From contig NZ_KK073875.1 in assembly GCF_000585395.1 (NCBI RefSeq), positions 1,058,407 to 1,082,406 on the forward strand: a DNA stretch of 24,000 nucleotides. The letters are read 5' to 3'. Positions 15,437 to 21,394 of this stretch are shown here, piece by piece. The position numbers were made by a program, and so were the translations under genes. Every line of letters starts with the position of its first letter. Positions within the stretch are counted from its first letter, which is position 1. The notes beneath the pieces are model-generated. The model was given only the letters and a program-made list of their open reading frames with translations, was not told the DNA's origin and searched no databases. This DNA comes from Saccharibacillus sacchari DSM 19268 (GTDB taxonomy: Bacteria > Bacillota > Bacilli > Paenibacillales > Paenibacillaceae).

Positions 15437-15604
15437 CGTGTTCGGTTAGTACTAGGGCATGTCCGAAGAAAAAGGTGGAAAGGAACAAGCTGCTCTACCG
15501 CTGAGCTATTCCGCCGCGCATGGCGGAAACCGGATTCGAACCGGCGACCTGCCGATTAAAAGTCGAAGTAACCCTTCCTGGCGCCTCGGACAATTCCGAT
15601 CACG
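15437..15604 (-). ncRNA. yrlA: Bacterial Y RNA (YrlA-like) with permuted tRNA-like module
   Basis: Reading the minus strand:
- Basal stems: CGUGAUCGG(15604-15596) pairs with CCGAACACG(15445-15437); UGUCCGAGG(15592-15584) pairs with CUUCGGACA(15468-15460).
- Variable loop: AGGUC.
- T-arm: GCCGG-UUCGAAU-CCGGU(15545-15529).
- Acceptor-like stem: 7 bp, UUCCGCC/GGCGGAA, closed by loop AUGCGC(15528-15509).
- D-arm: UA, then GCUC-AGCGGUA-GAGC(15506-15492).
- Position: 265 nt upstream of rsr on the same strand.
- Ends are approximate. Confidence 0.75.
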
Positions 15605-15815
15605 TTCAAAGCCGTTTGGCCTCGCCGCTCTCGTTTGCCTGGGTTCATCTTCGCATGGCCGGAGGGACTTCAACAGGGCGAAAGTATGGCAAACGGCAAA
15701 AATGCAGGGAAGATCCATTATTTTTGGACAGCGGTAACTTAACTCGATCGGATTGCGTTCAAGAAATAATCATTCGAATTTTGACCTTGATCTTCAATAA
15801 AGGGATGTGTATACC

Positions 15816-16196
15816 ATGTTCAAAAAGAAACGTCTCGCCTGGACAACCGCCATTCTTCTCGCCGTGATCCTGAGCGGCATTTTGGTTTTTCGTTCGGTGC
15901 TGGACATGAACGAATCCGAACTGTCGACAGCCGAAATCGCGTTCAATCAGGTGGAATTGACGCCTAATGCTCTGAGAATCAGCGGAACGCTGGTGGCCAG
16001 CGCATTGAGCTATCGGGATTGCGAATACGAACAGGACGGCAGCAATCTGTACATCACGCTGCAAGGCGGATTGGTCACGAAAAAACATCCCGACGGCGAT
16101 TTCGACATTTCGATCCGAAACGACGATTTCTCGAAGGTCGACCGTGTCTATCTCAAGCACGGGGAAGATCATGTTCTGATTTACCCGCAGCGCTGA
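15816..16196 (+). CDS. Small membrane-anchored/secreted hypothetical protein
   Basis: MFKKKRLAWTTAILLAVILSGILVF is an N-terminal TM/signal anchor, followed by a beta-rich region of about 100 aa. AAGGGA lies 10 nt before ATG 15816; the ORF-track GTG at 15807 abuts the RBS. Confidence 0.6.
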   Translation: MFKKKRLAWTTAILLAVILSGILVFRSVLDMNESELSTAEIAFNQVELTPNALRISGTLVASALSYRDCEYEQDGSNLYITLQGGLVTKKHPDGDFDISIRNDDFSKVDRVYLKHGEDHVLIYPQR

Positions 16197-16308
16197 AAAG
16201 ATCATGCACGAAGCCGATCAAGCCATACGTCTTCCGTTCGCCATACTTGCGCCCTTTCCCCCACCCTCCCTTTCCGTTTAAAATATCCGTACCTGCAACA
16301 CCCGGATT

Positions 16309-16337
16309 TTTACAAACCCGCTCCCTCTGTCTACAAT
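16309..16337 (+). promoter_or_regulatory. SigA-type promoter of the WYL gene pair
   Basis: TTTACA(16309-16314), an exact 17-nt spacer, then TACAAT(16332-16337). It sits 30 nt before the GGAGGA RBS and ATG at 16368. Confidence 0.6.
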
Positions 16338-16367
16338 GGAGAGTGACGAGAAACGGAGGAAAGACCT

Positions 16368-17654
16368 ATGGCCAAAGAAAGTTTCGACAAAGAGATCCAG
16401 TTCCTGCGCCTGCTTGCCCTGACCGGAGGCGGTTATGATCGGCAGCAGTTCGCGGGACGCCTCGGCATCTCGGTACATACCTTCGACAAAACGGTCCGCA
16501 AACTGCGCGAGATCAGCGGAGACGCGGATTTTGCCGACCTGTTCCGCTACGGATATGCCGATTCGGCCGAGCCGGTGCTGCTGTTCTTGTACCGCGCCAA
16601 GTCGATGAAGGAATCGGAAAGCCGCCGCCTGCCGCTCATCCTGACCGCGCTCAAAGGCACGCCGCAGACCGCCGCCGAGCTGCTCGACGCCTGCTGCGAG
16701 CGCCTGCCCCTGGATGCCGCCATGCCGGACGAGAAAACGATCCGTTCCGACCTGCGTTATCTGGAAGAGATCGGCGTCGTGCGGCGCGAACCAGGCGGTC
16801 GTCCATACCGATATGTGTTGAACAACGACCTGACCGACTGCCTGTCCCAAAAAGAACTGATCGATCTCTACGAGTTCGTCGATATCATGGCTAACACGCA
16901 GATTCCTTCCGTTCAAGGATACCTACTGCGCGACAATCTCAAAAAAGCGCTCAAATCCGCCGTACCCGAAGAAGAGTGGGACGACGGTCTACTGGAGCCT
17001 TTTTCCTATAAATATCATTACGACGCGCGCATTCTGGACGAAGCCCATCTGTACACGCTGCTTCGAACCATCCATCTGCGCAAACGCATCTCGTTCCAAT
17101 ACTTTTCGCCGAAAAATCGCAAAAGCTACTCGGCCAAAGAAACCAATCCCCTGTTCGGCCGCGAAACGGAGGTTCGACGCGAAAGTACGCTGCCGCTTAA
17201 GGTCGTGTACGATCATCAATACGGCAGATGGTATCTGATCGGTGCCGCCGCCAAAGGTCGTTTCGTCAAGTTCCGCATGGAGGGCATGATCGATATTGCG
17301 GAAGAGCAGGAAGCGCCGGACGAATATTTCGCGCTCAAAAAGCAGCAGCTCGACGAACAAATGCGCCACAGTTGGCTGATCGATACCGGCGAGACCGTCA
17401 CGGTACGCGCCAAGTTCTACCGTCCTCGCGGACAAGCCGACTTCATCGCGGAACGCGTGCGGCTGCAGGGCCAATGGGGGCAGATCGTGGAGGAGAACGA
17501 AGACTTCTTCATCTATGAGATTCAAGTCAACGGCGTAACGGAAATCCGGCCGTGGCTGCGGGGGTTCGGGTCGAGCTGCGAAGTGCTGGCACCCGCGGAT
17601 TTGAGACAGTCGTTCATCGACGAATGGAAGGAGATCGGAGACTATTATGAATAA
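16368..17654 (+). CDS. HTH + WYL + WCX domain transcriptional regulator (PafB/PafC-like architecture)
   Basis: N-terminal HTH-like segment (LGISVHTFDKTVRKLREI) and a winged-helix-like segment (TAAELLDAC...IRSDLRYLEEIGVVRREPGGRPYRYVL). WYL core ISFQYFS...LKVVYDHQYGRWYLIGAAAKGRFVKFRMEGMIDI. C-terminal WCX-like IRPWLRGFGSSCEVLAPADLRQSF. Confidence 0.75.
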   Translation: MAKESFDKEIQFLRLLALTGGGYDRQQFAGRLGISVHTFDKTVRKLREISGDADFADLFRYGYADSAEPVLLFLYRAKSMKESESRRLPLILTALKGTPQTAAELLDACCERLPLDAAMPDEKTIRSDLRYLEEIGVVRREPGGRPYRYVLNNDLTDCLSQKELIDLYEFVDIMANTQIPSVQGYLLRDNLKKALKSAVPEEEWDDGLLEPFSYKYHYDARILDEAHLYTLLRTIHLRKRISFQYFSPKNRKSYSAKETNPLFGRETEVRRESTLPLKVVYDHQYGRWYLIGAAAKGRFVKFRMEGMIDIAEEQEAPDEYFALKKQQLDEQMRHSWLIDTGETVTVRAKFYRPRGQADFIAERVRLQGQWGQIVEENEDFFIYEIQVNGVTEIRPWLRGFGSSCEVLAPADLRQSFIDEWKEIGDYYE

Positions 17655-18585
17655 TCCTTTCGAAAAAATATTCAACTACCAGCTCTCCTCGCGGCTTGAA
17701 GAAACGGGCGTCTACACGCTCACGTCGCAAGAACGCTCCTGGCTGAAGTCGATGCTGGAGCATCCGGCGGCGCACGAAGCTCTGGAGCCGCGCACGATCG
17801 CCAAACTGCAAGAGTGCGTGCTGGACGACGAAATCTCGAATCTGCTGGACGGACTGGAGCAAAAAGCGGGCAGCCTTGAAACCCAAATCGTCCATCCGCT
17901 GCTGTCTCCGATCCGCCGCATCCTGCGCAACCGTCAAGGAATGACCATCCAATGCCGCACCAAGAAAGGAAAGCTCAACGAGCCTCAGCCGGGCATTCCG
18001 TACAAGCTGGAGTATTCGATGGTCAAACGCGAATGGTATCTGCACTGGTACAATTCGTCGACGCGCTCGATCCTGCATACGCGGCTGTGCCATATCGTGT
18101 CGGTGGAGCAGTCGCGCGTATCCCGTACCTCTTACGAAGAACAAACGGTTCGCGCGCAGAAGCTGTTCGAAGCGCCGCGGCACGAAGCCGTCGTCGAGGT
18201 GATCCGCACGTTTAACGCCGAACTGACGCGGATTCTGCATGCTTTTTCCTGCTTCGATAAAAAGGTCGAGTTCGACGAGGAAGAACGGACCTACCGGATT
18301 CACCTGACGTTTACCGATAGCGAAGGCCAATTCGTGCTGACCAAGCTGCGTTTTCTGGGCAAGCGGGTCCGCGTCGTGGAGGGAAATTACCTGAAATACC
18401 GGATGCGGGAAACGGCGAGGAAGGCGTTGGCGCTGTATGGAGTGGAAGGAGCGAACGCGGTCGAAACTTCGGACAGCGATCAAAGCAAAGCAGCCGAAGG
18501 CTCGGCGGATGCGCAAAAGGCGGAGCAATCTTCGAACTCGAAAAACGCTGCCGATATCATCGCTCGAACGAAAATTCCGGGCTGA
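17647..18585 (+). CDS. WYL + WCX domain protein without an obvious HTH (partner of the upstream regulator)
   Basis: The ATG overlaps the upstream stop by 8 nt (ATGAATAA), with GGAG 6 nt upstream. WYL-like PYKLEYSMVKREWYLHWYNSSTRSILHTRLCHIVSVE and WCX-like KLRFLGKRVRVVEGNYLKYRM. Ends in a low-complexity Ser/Ala/Glu tail. Confidence 0.65.
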   Translation: MNNPFEKIFNYQLSSRLEETGVYTLTSQERSWLKSMLEHPAAHEALEPRTIAKLQECVLDDEISNLLDGLEQKAGSLETQIVHPLLSPIRRILRNRQGMTIQCRTKKGKLNEPQPGIPYKLEYSMVKREWYLHWYNSSTRSILHTRLCHIVSVEQSRVSRTSYEEQTVRAQKLFEAPRHEAVVEVIRTFNAELTRILHAFSCFDKKVEFDEEERTYRIHLTFTDSEGQFVLTKLRFLGKRVRVVEGNYLKYRMRETARKALALYGVEGANAVETSDSDQSKAAEGSADAQKAEQSSNSKNAADIIARTKIPG

Positions 18586-18651
18586 TCACCGAACAAGATC
18601 GGAAGTCCATGCGTTCATATGTTGTAGATCCATCACGAAAGGAGCTTGCGG

Positions 18652-19233
18652 ATGAACGTTTCTTGGATCAAAAAATCGTTGCTTGCCGCTATCGCTTCGG
18701 CGCTTCTGCTGAGCATTCTGCCTTATCCCGATGCTCACGCCGAACCTTCGCTGCGAACGCGCGCCGAAATCGCCTACTTCACGGACATCGACGGCATTTG
18801 GCTGCATCGGCTGGGGAGCGACTTCACGCCGGAAGAAGCGCAAACGGGCACGTTTTACGACAGTCGCTACGTCCCGGTCAAAGACCTGTTCGGCGGTCAG
18901 GTTGAAGCTATCCGTTGGAACGCGGCAGCCAAGACCGTCTTGATCGCAAACGAAGGGCGCACGGCGATTCTGAATTTTTCCGGTAAAAAGATTATAGCCA
19001 AAAAAGGAGAAGTCGTGCTCCCAGCCACTTGGTCGAAGATGGAGAACGGCAAAGCGCTGATCGATCTCTATACGCTGACATATGTGCTGGATCGTTACGG
19101 CGACGCGTTCGATGACGCGGAGCGCGCGGCCTGGGGCAAGAAGCTGGATTTCTTGGGCATTCAATACGCGGAGACCCTCCCGGTGATCCGCAGCTCGGAC
19201 GTGATGATTTATGTGACGTTCGAAGATAAGTGA
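18652..19233 (+). CDS. Secreted copper-amine-oxidase-N-like (stalk) domain protein
   Basis: Signal peptide MNVSWIKKSLLAAIASALLLSILPYPDAHA. Stalk-like VKDLFGGQVEAIRWNAAAKTVLIANEGRTAILNFSGKKII...ENGKALIDLYTLTYVLDRYG. AAAGGAG lies 7 nt before ATG 18652. Confidence 0.65.
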   Translation: MNVSWIKKSLLAAIASALLLSILPYPDAHAEPSLRTRAEIAYFTDIDGIWLHRLGSDFTPEEAQTGTFYDSRYVPVKDLFGGQVEAIRWNAAAKTVLIANEGRTAILNFSGKKIIAKKGEVVLPATWSKMENGKALIDLYTLTYVLDRYGDAFDDAERAAWGKKLDFLGIQYAETLPVIRSSDVMIYVTFEDK

Positions 19234-19253
19234 TTGGAACATAAACGAGTATG

Positions 19254-19297
19254 AAAAAAGGACGCCTGCGCAAATTTCGCGCACGGCGTCCTTTTCG
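19254..19297. terminator. Bidirectional terminator between convergent genes
   Basis: AAAAGGACGCC(19256-19266)/GGCGTCCTTTT(19285-19295) with inner TGCGC/GCGCA pairing. An A-run precedes it and a T-run follows it. Confidence 0.8.
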
Positions 19298-19314
19298 AAT
19301 TTTCACCTTAGAGA

Positions 19315-20106
19315 TCAAACGAACTTAATCTCCCGCTCCGTCCACTCTGTCTCTTCGTAAGCCTGCGCAATCCCGACTTCGCGAATCCGCGCTTTCGGCA
19401 CATGCTTCTCGCGCAGCATCCCGACAAACTCGCCGTCAAACGGCGAAGGATCGGCCTTGACCGTCTTCTCGTCGATCCAGCTCAGCTGCACCAAGCCGCC
19501 ACCCCCGAACGGCTCAGAGCCCGGTACGCCGTCTTTGAACCAAGGATGTTCCTCTTCCTTATCGATCCCCGGCGCATTGAGGCAGACATACAGCGACAAC
19601 CCGTCACAGGTCTGCAAAATCTGGCGGTGGAGCACCAACGTCTCCTGTTGCACGCCGGTATATTTTTGACTGATTCGCTGTTGGCGTTCTTCCTCGTTAT
19701 GCACGAACGCCACGCAATCTTCGCGCTCCGACGTCTGCAAATCTTCGAACACGCTGTAATACAGACTGCTTAGCAGCGCGGCATACGGATGCATCTCTTC
19801 CAATTCGTCGATTCCCATACGATAAAAAGTGACCTTCGGCAGCAGCGGGTACTCGTTGAACGAATACGGCGCATGCAGATGGTCGTCCCAGATCGGCGTA
19901 TCGTCGGGACGAATCCAACCCCGGTCATGCTCCGTTACGCCGAGCACGATCGCTTCCTTCGTGACCGCGGGCATGCCCGGTGATTCCTCGACCCTCTCCA
20001 TCATATAAAAACGATCCTGAAACCGAGCCGCGGCTTCTCCTGAAAACGCGGCGTGGTCATGCTGTTGGACAAGTACGAACGAATCTTTCGTTTCGCGTAT
20101 AATCAT
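19315..20106 (-). CDS. Hypothetical protein (N-terminus recalls the DUF3891 family; from memory, unverified)
   Basis: MIIRETKDSFVLVQQHDHAAFSGEAAARF... ATG 20106 has GGGGGA 7 nt upstream. The ORF-track start at 20166 lacks an RBS. Confidence 0.6.
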   Translation of the reverse strand: MIIRETKDSFVLVQQHDHAAFSGEAAARFQDRFYMMERVEESPGMPAVTKEAIVLGVTEHDRGWIRPDDTPIWDDHLHAPYSFNEYPLLPKVTFYRMGIDELEEMHPYAALLSSLYYSVFEDLQTSEREDCVAFVHNEEERQQRISQKYTGVQQETLVLHRQILQTCDGLSLYVCLNAPGIDKEEEHPWFKDGVPGSEPFGGGGLVQLSWIDEKTVKADPSPFDGEFVGMLREKHVPKARIREVGIAQAYEETEWTEREIKFV

Positions 20107-20277
20107 CGACAAATCCCCCATTCTGATCGGCGCGGCGGGTGAAAACCTACTGATCTTACGCCGCATTGCTTTTTCTGTGGCTATAATCCCTATTACCCGA
20201 ATTGCAAGTTGACCGTAACGAATAGCTTAGCCCGAACGTTTATAAACTGCAATGACTATTGAGAAAGGAGACCTGAT

Positions 20278-21006
20278 ATGAACCTGGAATCTACCGCCCG
20301 CACGTCTCCCAAAGCAACGCCGTGGATTCGCGATCCCAAGCGTTTCCGAAAAGCCATGATCCTAACCGGCATCCTGACGCTTCTATCGATCCGATATCCC
20401 GGCGTCAGACCGTTGTACGAGGAGGCACTGCTCCTGATCCGTTTACCCCTAACGATTCCGATCCCGGGAAACGGCAGTATCATGTACGCTAACTTCATCT
20501 TCATCGGCTTTGCGTTTCGCGCTTTGTATCTGATCTGGGACTCGCTCAACCGTCACCGAATCATTTTCTGTCTGGCTTTGCTATGGCTGCTGCCCATGCT
20601 CGGAAAATCCGCACTACTCGGCTATCAGGCCACCATTCCGCCAGGCGTGTATGCCGTAGCCGTCGATCAGGAACAAGCCGCTTGCAGCGTTAACCTTGAA
20701 AAAGGCGTAGCAACAGGCAATTGTAACTTTGTCGTCACCAACCGCGGCAGCCAACCGATCGATCTAAAATCCACAATCACGTTCGATATCGAGCTATCTC
20801 CGCGAGGCACATACACAATCGACGTCCCGCTCCAAGATACGCACATCGATACGCGCAGCATCGAAGTCATCGGAGCTCATTTTACCGAACCGATCCCCGA
20901 ACTAGCCGATATCACAAGCAACATGAGCTGGAGACACGCACTTGATACCGAAACACTGAAGTTAACCATGAACGACGGCAAACGCGAACGCGTATGGGGC
21001 AATTAA
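20278..21006 (+). CDS. Hypothetical membrane protein
   Basis: AAAGGAG lies 7 nt upstream. Several hydrophobic segments (MILTGILTLLSI, ANFIFIGFAFRALYLIW, IIFCLALLWLLPML) are followed by a soluble beta-rich C-terminal half. Confidence 0.6.
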   Translation: MNLESTARTSPKATPWIRDPKRFRKAMILTGILTLLSIRYPGVRPLYEEALLLIRLPLTIPIPGNGSIMYANFIFIGFAFRALYLIWDSLNRHRIIFCLALLWLLPMLGKSALLGYQATIPPGVYAVAVDQEQAACSVNLEKGVATGNCNFVVTNRGSQPIDLKSTITFDIELSPRGTYTIDVPLQDTHIDTRSIEVIGAHFTEPIPELADITSNMSWRHALDTETLKLTMNDGKRERVWGN

Positions 21007-21036
21007 AAGACGGGATAACCCCGTCTTTATTTATTT
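21005..21036 (+). terminator. Rho-independent terminator
   Basis: GACGGG(21009-21014)-ATAAC-CCCGTC(21020-25), followed by TTTATTTATTT, immediately after the stop at 21006. Confidence 0.75.
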
Positions 21037-21080
21037 CTTCCCGATTTACCCGATTTGATCTATTCCCTCTTCCTTATTTA

Positions 21081-21284
21081 ATCGTTTCGAAAAACGCCAA
21101 CGTAGCTGGAAGCGAGAAGACGGAGAGAGAAATTCAGTGTAGGAGCGATAGCGTTCGCCTTTGAAATCGAGAAAAACCTATAAAAGTTTCAATCTATTTT
21201 CTCGATTTCAACACGCGACCGGAACGAATTTCTCTCGCAGTCTTCTCGCTTCCCCACCTGTGTAACTTTTTTTCGAAAACGATT
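21081..21284. repeat. Long palindromic (hairpin-forming) intergenic repeat, copy B (inverted relative to copy A)
   Basis: Core 21108-21253. GGAAGCGAGAAGACGGAGAGAGAAATTC pairs with GAATTTCTCTCGCAGTCTTCTCGCTTCC. The inner perfect 13-bp pair is GAAATCGAGAAAA/TTTTCTCGATTTC, and the outer pair is ATCGTTTCGAAAAA(21081-)/TTTTTCGAAAACGAT(-21284). Its reverse complement aligns along the whole length of 193-369. Confidence 0.8.
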
Positions 21285-21317
21285 TCCGAACATTTTATGT
21301 CGTTTGTCCGCACCCTA

Positions 21318-21346
21318 TTGTAAACCGCTTACATCCCGATTATACT
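21318..21346 (+). promoter_or_regulatory. Candidate SigA promoter of the cellobiose phosphorylase gene
   Basis: TTGTAA(21318-21323), a 17-nt spacer, then TATACT(21341-21346), about 50 nt before the start codon. Confidence 0.45.
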
Positions 21347-21394
21347 CGAGTTGTTTATGACCAATCGAGGGTTAATTTGAGAGGAGTTCACACG

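Noticed and set aside
15481-15545. Canonical tRNA gene on the minus strand (perfect T-arm, D-arm and 7-bp acceptor pairing)
   Set aside because: The T-arm and 3' acceptor strand come before the 5' acceptor strand and D-arm, and the acceptor stem is closed by a 6-nt loop. There is no anticodon arm and no free 5'/3' ends. This is the permuted tRNA-like module of a Y RNA, not a tRNA.
15605-15800. Sigma54 (-24 GG / -12 GC) promoter upstream of the Y RNA/rsr operon, as in the RtcR-controlled Salmonella operon
   Set aside because: No TGGCAC-N5-TTGCA-like element is found on the minus strand, and no RtcR-type activator gene is in the window.
16278-18528. Three minus-strand ORFs (212, 228 and 304 aa)
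   Set aside because: They are antisense shadows of the two WYL genes, with Arg-rich translations and no start context.
215-21253. CRISPR-like repeats (recurring GGAAGCGAGAA / TTCTCGCTTCC)
   Set aside because: The four occurrences are the inverted arms of two hairpin elements 20 kb apart, not a direct-repeat/spacer array. No cas genes are present.
193-21284. Composite transposon or genomic island bounded by the inverted repeat copies
   Set aside because: I see no transposase, integrase, tRNA-gene attachment site or target-site duplication. The content is a mix of ordinary chromosomal operons, and each repeat is itself a self-contained palindrome.
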